Shown: positions 1 through 11,210, numbered from the stretch's first letter. The stretch is DNA of 64,000 nt from an uncultured Porphyromonadaceae bacterium (GCA_947178305.1 CAMWXV010000002.1:16676-80675); one strand, 5' to 3'. Notes: generated by a model from the sequence alone, not told the origin. Translations and numbers: made by a program.

Positions 1-988
1 AGCCAATCTGAAGCTGAACGCAAAGAATGTGATATACGGAGATTTGGCTTTAAACCGATGTCGCGGAGCTGTGGAAGTGTATGACGGAGCCATAAGGATA
101 TCGCCTCTCAGCGCCAGAACAGCCATAGGCTCGGTGACAATGTCTGCGCTATACACCGCCCCAAACATTGATAGTTTGAGTTTTGCAACCGGTATCAATA
201 TAAAACGCCTACATCTTGGCGATGTGCTCAATATGGTGGGAGGAATAGACACCATAATGCCACTGCTCAAATCTGTGGACGGAATAGTGGATGCCGACAT
301 GGCCATGAGCACACGTCTTGACTCAATGCTGAACTTTGACCTCGCTTCGGTAGACATGGCGCTGAAACTGTCGGGTGACAGCCTTGTACTGATGGATTCG
401 GAAACATTCCGCACCCTTGGCAAATGGCTAATGTTCAAGGACAAACAAAACAACATGATAGACCATATGGCCGTGGAAATGATGGTAAAGGATTCAAGAC
501 TGAACCTATTTCCGTTCATATTTGATATGGATCGCTACAAACTCGGTGTAGCCGGAGGAAATGATATGGGACTGAATCTTGACTATCATGTGGCTGTGCT
601 CAAATCACCGCTACCGTTCAAGTTCGGAATCAACATCAAGGGCACACCGGAAGACATGAAGATAAGTCTTGGCAAGGCACGACTCAATGAAAAGTCCGTG
701 GCAACGACACGCAATGTGGCCGACACGATACGCATAAACCTTGTCAACGAAATTTCACGTGCCTTCAAAGCCGGCATACGTCGCAAAGGCTCGCCAAAAC
801 TGGAGATGGACAATATGTCCGGTTCAACATCCATCTTCACTGAAGAACAATTGAGCCGAGCAGACTCAATAGCCTTTATACAACAAGGTCTCATGGAGGC
901 TCCAAAGGGATTTGAGATGCCGGACAGCACCGCAACAGACAGCAAAAACAGTAAGAAGAAGGATAAAAAGAAACGAAACAAGAAGTAA
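1..988 (+). CDS. AsmA-like outer membrane assembly protein, C-terminal part (5' truncated by window edge)
   Basis: Frame runs in from the window edge; C-terminal FPFIFDMDRYKLGVAG...LDYHVAVLKSPLPFKFGINIKG resembles Bacteroidales AsmA-like proteins; basic tail. Confidence 0.7.
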   Translation, partial: ANLKLNAKNVIYGDLALNRCRGAVEVYDGAIRISPLSARTAIGSVTMSALYTAPNIDSLSFATGINIKRLHLGDVLNMVGGIDTIMPLLKSVDGIVDADMAMSTRLDSMLNFDLASVDMALKLSGDSLVLMDSETFRTLGKWLMFKDKQNNMIDHMAVEMMVKDSRLNLFPFIFDMDRYKLGVAGGNDMGLNLDYHVAVLKSPLPFKFGINIKGTPEDMKISLGKARLNEKSVATTRNVADTIRINLVNEISRAFKAGIRRKGSPKLEMDNMSGSTSIFTEEQLSRADSIAFIQQGLMEAPKGFEMPDSTATDSKNSKKKDKKKRNKK

Positions 989-1737
989 TGTTCACAGACG
1001 ATATCCAAGCTTTTCTCAAGCGCCACAACTATATAAAGGTAGAACCGCGCGCCGCGTTGATAGACATGGACGGCACGCTTTATGACAGCATGCGTTTTCA
1101 CTCACGCGCGTGGCATATGATGTGCTCAGAGGCCGGCATACCGAGCGAGGAGGATGAATTCTTCATGTACGAGGGACGAACCGGTGCTTCTACCATCAAT
1201 CTACTGTTTGACAGAACCTACGGACACAATGCCACCGAAGACGAGATAAAACGCCTTTATCATCGTAAAACCGAAATATTCCAAGAGATTGCCTCCGTAG
1301 AAAAAATGCCCGGAGCCGAGGATCTGCTACTGTTCATGCAGCAAATAGAGATGCAACGCATACTGGTGACAGGGTCGGGACAACGCTCCCTGATAGACAG
1401 GCTGGAAAAAGATTTTCCCGGTAGTTTCAGCTCGGAAACCATGATCACTGCACGTGATGTGGTTCATGGCAAACCTCATCCCGAACCTTATACCATGGCC
1501 ATGAAACTGGCTAAAGTACAGCCGTGGCAGTGCGTGGTGATAGAGAACGCCCCTCTCGGTGTGGCCGCGGGCGATGCCGCGGGAGCATTCACAATAGGCG
1601 TGACCACCGGTCCGATACCTCGCGAGGAACTGGAGAAAGCCGGAGCGGCATTGGTGTTTGACTCCATGGAGGAACTGGCCGAAAAATTTCCCATACTTGT
1701 GTATTCACTTATCACCACATCGCGCAATTTCAATTGA
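988..1737 (+). CDS. HAD-superfamily phosphatase (beta-phosphoglucomutase-like)
   Basis: Motif I DMDGTLYDS, GKPHPEPY, VIENAPLGV. Confidence 0.9.
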   Translation: MFTDDIQAFLKRHNYIKVEPRAALIDMDGTLYDSMRFHSRAWHMMCSEAGIPSEEDEFFMYEGRTGASTINLLFDRTYGHNATEDEIKRLYHRKTEIFQEIASVEKMPGAEDLLLFMQQIEMQRILVTGSGQRSLIDRLEKDFPGSFSSETMITARDVVHGKPHPEPYTMAMKLAKVQPWQCVVIENAPLGVAAGDAAGAFTIGVTTGPIPREELEKAGAALVFDSMEELAEKFPILVYSLITTSRNFN

Positions 1738-1741
1738 TACA

Positions 1742-2806
1742 ATGCAATCGCTGGTTTTCACTCTATCACCGGGGTTAGAGCTGTGCAAAGTGATAGAACG
1801 CATGGCGCCAGAAGGCGGTGTGTTCACACTATGCGACTCCAATACCGCAAGTCTTGTGTATCCGCTGATGACGCAAGATTGTCCATATCTGAACAACAAT
1901 ACGCTTATTGTGACTCCGGCTGGAGATGAAAACAAAACTTTGGCTCACTTAAGCCATATCTGGGAAGAACTGCAAAGACTCGGAGCAACCCGCCATTCGC
2001 TCCTTATAAACATGGGAGGCGGAATGGTGACGGACATGGGCGGATTCGCCGCCGCCACGTTCAAGAGAGGTATGCGGTGTGTCAACGTGCCTACAACTCT
2101 GCTTGGTGCCGTGGATGCATCAATCGGTGGCAAAACCGGAATAAATTTCGGTGAGTTAAAAAACGAAATAGGGGTGTTTGCCGAAGCTGAGTCGGTAATT
2201 ATATCACCCATATATTTCAACACTTTACGCAAAGAGGAATTTTTGTCGGGATATGCGGAGATGCTGAAACACGGATTGCTGCAAAGCTCCGAAAGTATAC
2301 ACTCTCTTCTGGCCAAAGATGCAACAAGATTGGACAACCAGGAGATGCTGGAACTACTGCGGAACAATATCTCCGTGAAACAAAAAATAGTGGAGCAAGA
2401 CCCGACTGAACGAGGGTTGAGAAAGGCTCTAAATCTCGGTCACACTTTCGGTCACGCTTTTGAATCATGGCATCTTAAGTCAGGTAGTCCGGTGCCTCAT
2501 GGATACGCAGTGGCCTGGGGGTTGGTGTGTGCATTGATACTAAGCCACATGCATCTGAAATTTGATGCCACATTGCTGCGCGATGTGGCCAAATATGTGG
2601 AACGCAACTATGGTGCGCCACAGTTGCGTTGCTCACACTATAATGAATTGGTAGATCTGATGCGCCATGACAAAAAGAATGTCAACGCCACACATATACA
2701 GTTTACGTTACTAAAGGCACCAGGAAAACCGGAAACCGGGCACGAGGCCAAGGAGGATGATATAAAAATCACCCTTGACCTGATGCGTGACCTAATGCAC
2801 GTTTAG
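1742..2806 (+). CDS. aroB: 3-dehydroquinate synthase
   Basis: GGGMVTDMGGF, PTTLLGAVDASIGGKTGIN, ALNLGHTFGHAFE, HGYAVAWG; start moved to ATG 1742, just after the upstream stop. Confidence 0.95.
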   Translation: MQSLVFTLSPGLELCKVIERMAPEGGVFTLCDSNTASLVYPLMTQDCPYLNNNTLIVTPAGDENKTLAHLSHIWEELQRLGATRHSLLINMGGGMVTDMGGFAAATFKRGMRCVNVPTTLLGAVDASIGGKTGINFGELKNEIGVFAEAESVIISPIYFNTLRKEEFLSGYAEMLKHGLLQSSESIHSLLAKDATRLDNQEMLELLRNNISVKQKIVEQDPTERGLRKALNLGHTFGHAFESWHLKSGSPVPHGYAVAWGLVCALILSHMHLKFDATLLRDVAKYVERNYGAPQLRCSHYNELVDLMRHDKKNVNATHIQFTLLKAPGKPETGHEAKEDDIKITLDLMRDLMHV

Positions 2807-2819
2807 CCAAAGGCCAGAA

Positions 2820-3701
2820 TTACAGATCGTCAAAAATTATGGTATAAGAAGCCTCAAAGGTGGCTCCCGGCTCCAAGTGGTTGACCCACTCACGTTCTGC
2901 AAACTCTCCCTCATAGCCCACAGAGTCAGCTCTGCCCCACCACGGTTCAATACATACAAACGGTGCTTCGGGCTTGGGTGACCACAGTCCCACAAGAGGC
3001 GCGTTGAAAAGCAATGTGAGGTAGGGTGTGCGGTGTTTGGTGAGCATAGACACGCGGCGCACCTGACTGTTGGCAAGAATTATGGCATCGCGTTCAAACG
3101 TGGATGCGGAAATGGGCAACATATATTCATTGTCAACAGCCACTGCAGATGTCTCAGAGCCTATGCACCCCTGCCGCTCAATAATCTGCGAGGTGAGAGG
3201 TGTGAATCCCATCTGGAAATAGCCGTGAACAGAATCGGATGGTGAAAACTCCGGATAATTGAAAGCCGGGTGTGCGCCTATCTGAAAATCCATTGGCACC
3301 GAGTCGGTGTTGACCACTCTCCACATCACATCCAGACGAGCCTCCTGAAGACGATAGCCAATGGCCAGACGGAACCTGCGCGGATATTTGGCCAATGTCT
3401 CATCATTGCTTTCAAGCATGAACCAAGCCTCATCATCGGGCATGCCGTCCATAGGCACGAAATCACAGTCACGGGCAAATCCATGCTGTCCCATGGCGTA
3501 CTCGTTACCATCCATAAGGAACTTGCCTTGCCACAAGGCTCCCACTATGGGAAACAACACAGGCGAACGACGGCCCCAAAAAGTTTTGTCACCCTGCCAA
3601 AGATATTGATAATGAGAGCGGTTCTGCTCTATACTCTGTAGCTCTGCGCCGTGAGAACTGATTGTCACGGTGAGCAAATCGTTGTGCAATGTCTGTATCA
3701 T
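2820..3701 (-). CDS. Aldose 1-epimerase family protein (LacX-like)
   Basis: YLWQGD..FWGRRSPVLFPIVG, QHGFARD, IGAHPAF, FVCIEPWWG. Confidence 0.9.
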   Translation of the reverse strand: MIQTLHNDLLTVTISSHGAELQSIEQNRSHYQYLWQGDKTFWGRRSPVLFPIVGALWQGKFLMDGNEYAMGQHGFARDCDFVPMDGMPDDEAWFMLESNDETLAKYPRRFRLAIGYRLQEARLDVMWRVVNTDSVPMDFQIGAHPAFNYPEFSPSDSVHGYFQMGFTPLTSQIIERQGCIGSETSAVAVDNEYMLPISASTFERDAIILANSQVRRVSMLTKHRTPYLTLLFNAPLVGLWSPKPEAPFVCIEPWWGRADSVGYEGEFAEREWVNHLEPGATFEASYTIIFDDL

Positions 3702-3705
3702 AGCG

Positions 3706-3713
3706 CAAATTTA
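3706..3713 (-). promoter_or_regulatory. Bacteroidetes sigma-A -7 element (TAAATTTG), 4 nt before the start codon
   Basis: Matches TAnnTTTG consensus. Confidence 0.65.
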
Positions 3714-3903
3714 TGGATTTTTATCCGTTTAACAAGATTTCGGTCAAACTACTGAAAGAAGGTGCACAAATTTACCTTATGGCGCATTTTATGAATAGAA
3801 AATATGTTGACAAGTGCAGATTTTTGCTTTTTTCTTGGCTTGGGGCGTGCAGATTTATTATTTTTGCATGAAATTTTGGGTAAGTGTGCCCATGCTATAG
3901 CTT

Positions 3904-4776
3904 ATGAGTAATAATTCACATCGCCGTTCCGGCACCAGGTTTCGCCTGCGCATCACTCTCACTGTGAGTGTAACGCTGATGCTGGTGGTGCTCGGACTGG
4001 TTGCGTTTACCATTGTTGCGGGACGTAACATAAGCCGTGACATCCACGAACAGGCCGGATTCGTGGCCATACTCAGCGAAGATGCCTCACAGCAGCAGGC
4101 AGATTCTTTGACTCGCGCCATATCGGCTGCGCCATATGCGTCCAAAGTGGAATATGTGAGCGCAGACCGAGTAATGGAGCGTTGGCGCAATATGATTGGC
4201 GACAATGTGAGCATGCCTGATATAAATCCGTTTTTGCCGGAAATAGAGGTTGCCGTACATGAGCCTTGGGCAAATGCCGATTCTTTGGAAAATATAACGT
4301 CATCGCTAAGCTCCAGTCCTTTGGTTAGCGATGTGTCGCTACATACAGAAATGATTGACAACGTAAACACAATGATGAACGCGGCCACGACCACACTGCT
4401 CGTTGTGGGCGCGGTGCTTCTACTGATATCGTTGGCTCTCATCAACAACACTGTGCGTCTTAGCGTTTATTCTCAGCGCTTTGTAATCAACACGATGAAA
4501 CTCGTGGGCGCAACCGCTTCGTTTATCCGCAAGCCGTTTGTTACTGATGCGTTGATTCACGGCACCATAGCCGGAGGATTGGCCGCGTTATTGCTGGGCG
4601 GAGCCTTGTGGTATCTTGAAAGCGTGTCTCCGGCAGTAGGCGCGGCGTTGCCGCTATGTCAGGCAGCGTGGGTGCTCGGAGGATTGTGGGTAAGCGGCAT
4701 AGCGCTATGCACTATCGCTTCATTACTGGCTACCAACAAGTATCTGCGTCTTGGTTACGACGATATGTTCAAATAA
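3904..4776 (+). CDS. ftsX: Cell division permease-like protein FtsX
   Basis: N-terminal TM, periplasmic domain, LINNTVRLSVYSQRFVINTMKLVGATASFIRKPF. Confidence 0.92.
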   Translation: MSNNSHRRSGTRFRLRITLTVSVTLMLVVLGLVAFTIVAGRNISRDIHEQAGFVAILSEDASQQQADSLTRAISAAPYASKVEYVSADRVMERWRNMIGDNVSMPDINPFLPEIEVAVHEPWANADSLENITSSLSSSPLVSDVSLHTEMIDNVNTMMNAATTTLLVVGAVLLLISLALINNTVRLSVYSQRFVINTMKLVGATASFIRKPFVTDALIHGTIAGGLAALLLGGALWYLESVSPAVGAALPLCQAAWVLGGLWVSGIALCTIASLLATNKYLRLGYDDMFK

Positions 4777-4801
4777 AATTTCATCCATATACATATATAT
4801 T

Positions 4802-5119
4802 ATGGCAAAGAAAACTCTTACGAAAAAGAAAAATCCGGCTGACCGCATAGAGCGTGAAAGCGAGCACCAAATGCCGTTGGTGCGTATCAATTTCATTCTT
4901 ATGGCCGTTGCCGCCGCTACTATAATTATCGGTTTTTTGCTTATGTGCGGCCCGGGATCAACCGAGACGGCATTCAACCCCGATATTTTTTCAACACGTC
5001 GCATAGTAGTAGGTCCCACGGTGACTTTCCTGGGATTCATTTTCATGGGTATAGCCATTATGTGGCCTGCGAAAAAAAATAACAACACTGATAATTCTTA
5101 TCCCAAAAACGAAGAGTAA
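4802..5119 (+). CDS. DUF3098-like small membrane protein
   Basis: NFILMAV...GFLLM.G.GS....FNPDIFSTRRIVVGP; usual position between ftsX and uppP. Confidence 0.85.
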   Translation: MAKKTLTKKKNPADRIERESEHQMPLVRINFILMAVAAATIIIGFLLMCGPGSTETAFNPDIFSTRRIVVGPTVTFLGFIFMGIAIMWPAKKNNNTDNSYPKNEE

Positions 5120-5949
5120 TGAATTGGTTAGACGCTCTAATACTTGGCGTGGTGCAAGGATTGGCCGAATATCTGCCTATCAGCTCCAGCGGACATCTTG
5201 AAATATGTCGTGAAATTCTCGGCCTTGACTTACAAGGCTCCGAGGCGCTTGAATTTGACGTGGCTCTACATGTAGCCACAGTACTGAGCACTATAGTGGT
5301 GTTATGGAAAGAGTTTTTGCCATTGTGCCGGTCATTCTTCACTGTGGCTCGTGACAACAACTTCTACTATGTGTGCAAGATCCTGGTTTCCTGTATTCCT
5401 GTGGCAGTGGTAGGATTGTGCTTCAAGGATGTGGTGGAAGAGTTTTTCGGATCAGGCCTCGGAATGGTGGGCATATGTCTGCTTGTAACCGCTTCATTGC
5501 TTGCGTTTGCATATTTCTTTCGCCGTGGCGAGATAACCAAGGAGCAAGGAACCGGAAGCAACTACGGCAACAGAGAAATAGGATGGATGGACGCATTCGT
5601 GATTGGTTGCGCCCAGGCCGTGGCCGTACTGCCGGGACTCAGCCGCTCCGGAAGCACCATAGCCACAGGCTTGTTGCTCGGCAATCGCCGCGACAAACTG
5701 GCTCAGTTTTCATTCTTTATGGTAATCATTCCCATTCTCGGGGAAGCGATGCTTGATATGGTCAAGATGCTCGGCGGAGAGTCGGCTTCATCATCAGTGG
5801 GCATGGTGCCCATAACCGTAGGGTTCATAGCCGCTTTTCTGGTAGGATGTGCGGCCTGCAAATGGATGATAGAGCTGGTAAAGAAAGGTAAACTGGTGTG
5901 GTTTGCCGTATATTGCGCCGTGGCCGGATTGGTATGTCTTATCTGGTAA
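5119..5949 (+). CDS. uppP: Undecaprenyl-diphosphate phosphatase
   Basis: QGLAEYLPISSSGHL and PGLSRSGSTI motifs. Confidence 0.96.
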   Translation: MNWLDALILGVVQGLAEYLPISSSGHLEICREILGLDLQGSEALEFDVALHVATVLSTIVVLWKEFLPLCRSFFTVARDNNFYYVCKILVSCIPVAVVGLCFKDVVEEFFGSGLGMVGICLLVTASLLAFAYFFRRGEITKEQGTGSNYGNREIGWMDAFVIGCAQAVAVLPGLSRSGSTIATGLLLGNRRDKLAQFSFFMVIIPILGEAMLDMVKMLGGESASSSVGMVPITVGFIAAFLVGCAACKWMIELVKKGKLVWFAVYCAVAGLVCLIW

Positions 5950-5958
5950 GATATTATT

Positions 5959-6696
5959 ATGGATTTTTTATCAGGAGAGATACTTTATATAGACAAACCG
6001 CTGGGATGGACATCGTTTGACGTGGTGAAACGTGTGCGTGGTGCCTTGCTCAAACGCATGAAACTCAAACGTCTGAAGGTAGGCCATGCAGGAACACTTG
6101 ACCCTTTGGCCACTGGTGTGATGATTGTCACCACCGGACGCTCCACCAAGCGGATAGAAGAGCTACAGGCCGGGGTGAAAGAGTATGTAGCCACAATAGC
6201 CCTCGGCGCCACGACTCCGAGTTATGACCTTGAAACAGAAGTGGATGCCACATATCCCACAGACCATATCTCCCGCGAACTTGTAGAGGAGGTTCTCGGT
6301 CGGTTTCACGGCACTATAGAACAGGTGCCACCGGCATTTTCGGCCTGTAAGGTGGACGGTCGCCGCGCCTACAAAATAGCTCGCACAGGTGCAGAGGTGG
6401 AACTAAAAGCCAAGATATTGACTATTGATGAGATAGAACTACTGGAGTTTGCTCCGGAAAGCATCACAGTGAGAGTGGTGTGCAGCAAAGGCACCTACAT
6501 ACGAGCTCTCGCCCGCGACATAGGGGAGGCTCTTGGCTCAGGTGGCCATTTGTCGGCTCTAAGACGCACTCGGGTGGGTGAAGTATCTGTGGATCAATGC
6601 CTGAGCGTTGACCGCACGATTGAGATCCTGCGAGAAGTGCCGATCAGCTATCCGGAATGGTATCAACAAAATCCTCAACAACAAGAATCAAACTAA
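5959..6696 (+). CDS. truB: tRNA pseudouridine(55) synthase
   Basis: [30 protein letters not shown]. Confidence 0.97.
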   Translation: MDFLSGEILYIDKPLGWTSFDVVKRVRGALLKRMKLKRLKVGHAGTLDPLATGVMIVTTGRSTKRIEELQAGVKEYVATIALGATTPSYDLETEVDATYPTDHISRELVEEVLGRFHGTIEQVPPAFSACKVDGRRAYKIARTGAEVELKAKILTIDEIELLEFAPESITVRVVCSKGTYIRALARDIGEALGSGGHLSALRRTRVGEVSVDQCLSVDRTIEILREVPISYPEWYQQNPQQQESN

Positions 6697-6710
6697 CTAC
6701 ATTATACAGC

Positions 6711-7760
6711 ATGAAACTGTCACAATTCAAATTCCGTTTGCCAGAAGAACTGATAGCGCAACATCCTTCGTCCCAACGTGACGAGGCTCGCATGATGGTG
6801 CTCAACCGTGCTACCGGCGAGATAGAACACAGGGTGTTCAAAGATATTATCAACTTCTTCTCCGATGGCGACATTTTTGTGTTCAACGACACCAAGGTAT
6901 TTCCAGCCCGCCTGTTTGGCAACAAGGAGAAAACCGGCGCACGCATAGAGGTGTTTCTGCTGCGTGAACTCAACACTGAAAACAAACTGTGGGACGTGCT
7001 TGTTGAGCCCGCCCGCAAAATCCGCATAGGCAACAAGCTATATTTCGGCGATGACGAGTCTATGGTGGCCGAGGTGATAGACAACACCACCTCTCGCGGC
7101 CGCACTCTGCGCTTTCTGTACGACGGCCCTCACGACGAGTTCAAACAAGCATTGTTTCGCCTTGGGGAAACACCGCTACCTGCATATATAAAACGAGAAC
7201 CTGACGCAGATGACGCGGAACGCTACCAAACCATCTTTGCTGCCCGAGAGGGTGCCGTGGTGGCTCCTGCCGCAGGTATGCACTTCAGCCGTGAGCTGCT
7301 TAAAAGAATGGAAATCAAAGGTATTGACCAGGCATTTCTCACCGTACATTCCGGTCTCGGCAATTTCCGCGAAATAGATGTGGAAGACCTGACAAAACAC
7401 CGTATGGATTCGGAAGAAATGGAAGTGACCCAAACACTCGTGGATCAGGTAAACAGCGTAAAGGACGCCAACCATCGCGTATGCGCCGTGGGCACATCGG
7501 TGCTTCGCGGTATAGCCAGCGCCGTGAGCATGGGCGGTCATATGAAAACTTATGCGGGATGGACCAACAAATTCATATTCCCGCCGTATGATTTCACTGT
7601 TGCTGATGCATTGGTAAGCAATTTCCATCTTCCATACTCCACCATGCTGATGATGGTGGCTGCTTTCGGTGGATACGATCTTGTGATGCGCGCCTATGAC
7701 GAGGCCGTAAAAGAGAAATATCAGTTCGGAGCTTATGGCGATGCCATGCTCATAGTGTAA
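6711..7760 (+). CDS. queA: S-adenosylmethionine:tRNA ribosyltransferase-isomerase
   Basis: [42 protein letters not shown]. Confidence 0.97.
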   Translation: MKLSQFKFRLPEELIAQHPSSQRDEARMMVLNRATGEIEHRVFKDIINFFSDGDIFVFNDTKVFPARLFGNKEKTGARIEVFLLRELNTENKLWDVLVEPARKIRIGNKLYFGDDESMVAEVIDNTTSRGRTLRFLYDGPHDEFKQALFRLGETPLPAYIKREPDADDAERYQTIFAAREGAVVAPAAGMHFSRELLKRMEIKGIDQAFLTVHSGLGNFREIDVEDLTKHRMDSEEMEVTQTLVDQVNSVKDANHRVCAVGTSVLRGIASAVSMGGHMKTYAGWTNKFIFPPYDFTVADALVSNFHLPYSTMLMMVAAFGGYDLVMRAYDEAVKEKYQFGAYGDAMLIV

Positions 7761-7780
7761 TAAGCCAAAACCGATCTGGC

Positions 7781-8407
7781 ATGGCTGCCACAGTTAGCGA
7801 ATACCGCACCCTTAAGGCTCCGTCAGAGGCCGTGATCAGGGAAAAGATGAGCCGTTTTCTGGCTTTTGCGATTCCTGTGCGCACGGCGGACGAGGCCAAG
7901 GCCGAAACGGCACGCATAGCGCGCGAATATCATGACGCACGCCATGTGTGCTGGGCGTATTCCTTGGGCGCGGACGGTGCTGAGCAGCAGAGCAACGACA
8001 ACGGCGAGCCTTCGGGCACTGCCGGCAAACCGATTTTGGGTCAGATTCGCTCTCAACAGCTTACCTATCTGCTGATTGTGGTGGTGCGCTATTTCGGAGG
8101 CATAAAGCTTGGCACATCAGGTCTCATTGCAGCATATCGCGCTGCTGCTCTCGCAGCAATAGAAGCCGGGGAGCCGGAGACCAGATATGAAACCGTGTCG
8201 GTGAGCGCCACTTTCCCATATATGGCCATCAACGATGTGATGCGCGTGGCAAAAGATCCGGAGGTGAAGATAACGGATCAGCAATTTGACAATACCTGCT
8301 CTATAACTCTACGGATACGTGCCGACCATGCCGAATCTCTCCGAGAAAAACTTGACAATATCGATGGTCTTTCTCTCCTACCGTCGGATAACATTATAAT
8401 ACCATAG
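7781..8407 (+). CDS. YigZ/IMPACT family protein
   Basis: DARHVCWAY, NDNGEPSGTAGKPIL, VVRYFGGIKLGTSGLIAAY. Confidence 0.93.
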   Translation: MAATVSEYRTLKAPSEAVIREKMSRFLAFAIPVRTADEAKAETARIAREYHDARHVCWAYSLGADGAEQQSNDNGEPSGTAGKPILGQIRSQQLTYLLIVVVRYFGGIKLGTSGLIAAYRAAALAAIEAGEPETRYETVSVSATFPYMAINDVMRVAKDPEVKITDQQFDNTCSITLRIRADHAESLREKLDNIDGLSLLPSDNIIIP

Positions 8408-8416
8408 AAGAAAGAA

Positions 8417-8791
8417 ATGGACGAACAGTTAAAAAAGGCTCTTGCCAAAGACCCTGACGGTCTGCTTACATACGAATACATGGCAAATCATATCGCCGAC
8501 TGCGCTGACATCATGCCGGAACTGGTGAGCAACATGATAGCCGTGGACACCAACGGTCAATTCTCAGTGAGCGCTGCCCGCTACCTGTATGCCATTGACG
8601 CAAAAGCTTATGCAACAGAAATAGACCGCCTCGTGGCCTATGCGATAGAAAAAGACCGCGAACATCGCTACATAGCCGATCTGCTTCCGGCTCTGTGGGG
8701 GGCGGACTATCAGGAACATGCCGAGGAACTAAGCGCAGCAAGCGACAATTTCCGCCGCATATACAAACGCATACACCAAGTAGGCATCTGA
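8417..8791 (+). CDS. Hypothetical helical protein
   Basis: 124-aa ORF filling the gap in a co-directional operon; no motif recognised. Confidence 0.75.
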   Translation: MDEQLKKALAKDPDGLLTYEYMANHIADCADIMPELVSNMIAVDTNGQFSVSAARYLYAIDAKAYATEIDRLVAYAIEKDREHRYIADLLPALWGADYQEHAEELSAASDNFRRIYKRIHQVGI

Positions 8792-8799
8792 ATTTCACC

Positions 8800-9645
8800 A
8801 TGCGTCGCAGCATTTTTTCCATCATTGCCATAGCCTTGTGCATCATAGCACTAACGGCGGCAAAACCCAAATCAAAATCCCGCAACAAAATGACACAACC
8901 CACTCCTGCCAAAGTGCTCATGCGCACTACATTGGGCGACATAACCATACGTTTGTATGACGACACCCCTCTGCACACAGCCAATTTTCTGAAACTTGCC
9001 AAAGAAGGGTATTATGACGGCACTCTGTTTCACCGCGTGATCCGCGACTTCATGATTCAGGGCGGAGATCCCGACAGCCGCAACGCCAAACCGGGTCAGT
9101 CGCTCGGCATGGGAGACCCCTCCTATACCATACCGGCAGAATTTGTCTATCCCAAATATTTTCACAAGCGTGGTGCCATTGCGGCTGCACGACAGGGCGA
9201 CAACGTGAATCCGGAAAAGGCTTCTTCAGGTTCACAATTCTATATCGTGACAGGCAAGGTGTATACACCCGGACAGCTTGACCAGATGCAAGTGCGCTTG
9301 CAACATCAGCAAATGCAGCAGATTTTTGACTCGCTTGCCCGAGAAAACCGCGACACGATAATGAGCCTGCGCCGCAACCGTGACCAAGCCGGATTGCAGC
9401 AGCTCCAGGATTCGCTCGTGAAACAGACCGAGGCCATAGCGGCAAAGAATCCTGCAACACTCACCGCCGAGCAGCGCGAAGCGTATACCACCGTGGGCGG
9501 CACGCCCCATCTTGACGGCAGCTACAGTGTGTTTGGCGAGGTTATCAGCGGCATGGATGTGGTAGACTCTATCCAAAAGGTTGCCACAGACGGCGGCGAC
9601 CGTCCCAAAGAGGATATCAAAGTACTTGAAGTAAAAGTACTCTGA
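8800..9645 (+). CDS. Cyclophilin-type peptidyl-prolyl isomerase with signal peptide
   Basis: YYDGTLFHRVIRDFMIQGGDP, SSGSQFYIV, PHLDGSYSVFGEV. Confidence 0.95.
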   Translation: MRRSIFSIIAIALCIIALTAAKPKSKSRNKMTQPTPAKVLMRTTLGDITIRLYDDTPLHTANFLKLAKEGYYDGTLFHRVIRDFMIQGGDPDSRNAKPGQSLGMGDPSYTIPAEFVYPKYFHKRGAIAAARQGDNVNPEKASSGSQFYIVTGKVYTPGQLDQMQVRLQHQQMQQIFDSLARENRDTIMSLRRNRDQAGLQQLQDSLVKQTEAIAAKNPATLTAEQREAYTTVGGTPHLDGSYSVFGEVISGMDVVDSIQKVATDGGDRPKEDIKVLEVKVL

Positions 9646-10880
9646 TGCAAATAGAGCACCATACCCTTGGCAACGGTCTGAGAGTAGTGGCCGAACACGA
9701 CCGCCAAACCTCCATGGTCTGCCTGACAATGCTCTACAACGTGGGTGCCCGCGATGAAAACCCGGAGGCTACCGGAATGGCACACCTGTTTGAGCATCTG
9801 ATGTTTGGCGGTTCTAAAAATGTGGCCGACTATGACGCACCGCTGGAGATGGCCGGAGGGTGGAGCAATGCTTGGACCAGCAACGATTTCACCATGTTCT
9901 ACAACGTGGTGCCGGCTGCCAACATAGCTACCCCGATGTGGCTTGAAAGCGACCGCATGTTAGCCCTCAACCTGTCGCCACGCGCCCTTGAGGTACAACG
10001 GTCTGTGGTGCTTGAAGAGTTCAAACAGACATGCCTCAACCGCCCATACGGCGACATGGCACATCATCTGCGCTCGCTGATATATTCAGTACACCCCTAT
10101 CGCTACCCCACCATAGGCATATGCCCGGAACATATAGAAATGGCGACAGCGGAACAGATCAGTGAGTTTTACCACAACCATTACTCTCCGGCCAATGCCG
10201 TGTTGGCCGTGAGCGGCAATGTGCCACCACAACAGGTGTTTGAGCTTGCGGAACATTGGTTCGGCTCCATTCCGGCTCGCCCGGTGGTGAAGCGCAACAT
10301 ACCGACAGAACCGGAAATAACAGCACCACGCCGCAAAACAGTGACAGCCAATGTGCCTCACACCAAACTGACCATAGCGTTTCCCATGGGCGGATACGGC
10401 AGCGAGCATTACATCGCCGCCGATATAATCACCGACATTCTCGCATCGGGCAACTCATCACGCCTCTACCGCATGGTGATGGACGGCGTGGAAGGGGTGT
10501 CTATGGCCGACGCGTCAATAATAGGCAGCGAAGATCCGGGATTCTTGATGCTCAACGCTCAGATCACATCATCGCAACCGGAACTAATAGCAAATGCCGA
10601 GAAAGCCCTGTGGCAGCAAATCAAGCAGCTCACAGACTATCCGGCAAACGAAGCGGAGCTGAAACGAGCTGTGAACAGGTTTGAAAGCAACCATATCTTT
10701 TCACAACTGAGCTACATACATAAGTCACAGACACTCGCCCTTGCCGAGATGCACAACGAGAATCCAAACGAACTATGTGCAAAATACCGAGCCGTGACCA
10801 CCGACCAAATTCATGCAGCAGCCCAAAGCATATTACGCCCCGAAGCCGCCTGCACCCTCATTTACGGTCCCGAGAACTAA
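9645..10880 (+). CDS. M16 family (pitrilysin-like) zinc peptidase
   Basis: Inverted zinc motif HLFEH, NAWTSND.T.F. Confidence 0.93.
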   Translation: MQIEHHTLGNGLRVVAEHDRQTSMVCLTMLYNVGARDENPEATGMAHLFEHLMFGGSKNVADYDAPLEMAGGWSNAWTSNDFTMFYNVVPAANIATPMWLESDRMLALNLSPRALEVQRSVVLEEFKQTCLNRPYGDMAHHLRSLIYSVHPYRYPTIGICPEHIEMATAEQISEFYHNHYSPANAVLAVSGNVPPQQVFELAEHWFGSIPARPVVKRNIPTEPEITAPRRKTVTANVPHTKLTIAFPMGGYGSEHYIAADIITDILASGNSSRLYRMVMDGVEGVSMADASIIGSEDPGFLMLNAQITSSQPELIANAEKALWQQIKQLTDYPANEAELKRAVNRFESNHIFSQLSYIHKSQTLALAEMHNENPNELCAKYRAVTTDQIHAAAQSILRPEAACTLIYGPEN

Positions 10881-10948
10881 AAACACCTTGCATTTTGAAT
10901 GCTTTTTGGTGAAAAATGCGGATGAGATGAAAAAAAGTGGTGAAAAGT

Positions 10949-10979
10949 TTTGGTGGTTTGAAAATAATGCGTACCTTTG
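10949..10979 (+). promoter_or_regulatory. Sigma-A promoter of tRNA-Val (-33 TTTG, -7 TACCTTTG)
   Basis: Both Bacteroidetes elements present with 19-nt spacing, about 20 nt before the tRNA. Confidence 0.75.
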
Positions 10980-10999
10980 CAACGCTTTAACGGAAACAC

Positions 11000-11074
11000 G
11001 GGTGCTTAGCTCAGCTGGTTCAGAGCATCTGCCTTACAAGCAGAGGGTCGGGGGTTCGAATCCCTCAGCACCCA
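11000..11074 (+). tRNA. tRNA-Val(TAC)
   Basis: Acceptor GGGTGCT/AGCACCC, D-arm AGCTCAGCTGGTTCAGAGC, anticodon loop CTTACAA, T-loop GTTCGAATC; CCA not encoded. Confidence 0.97.
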
Positions 11075-11091
11075 CGGAGTAGAAAAATGTG

Positions 11092-11123
11092 GACTTACGG
11101 TGATTTCCGTAAGTCTTTTTTTT
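11092..11123 (+). terminator. Intrinsic terminator after tRNA-Val
   Basis: GACTTACGG/CCGTAAGTC stem followed by T8. Confidence 0.88.
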
Positions 11124-11210
11124 GGCCATTTCACAGAATTTTGGTTAGTTTGCATTAAAAATACGCCAATACGCATTCAACTTTCAGCTCTTGGCAACGG
11201 TTGTTATTCC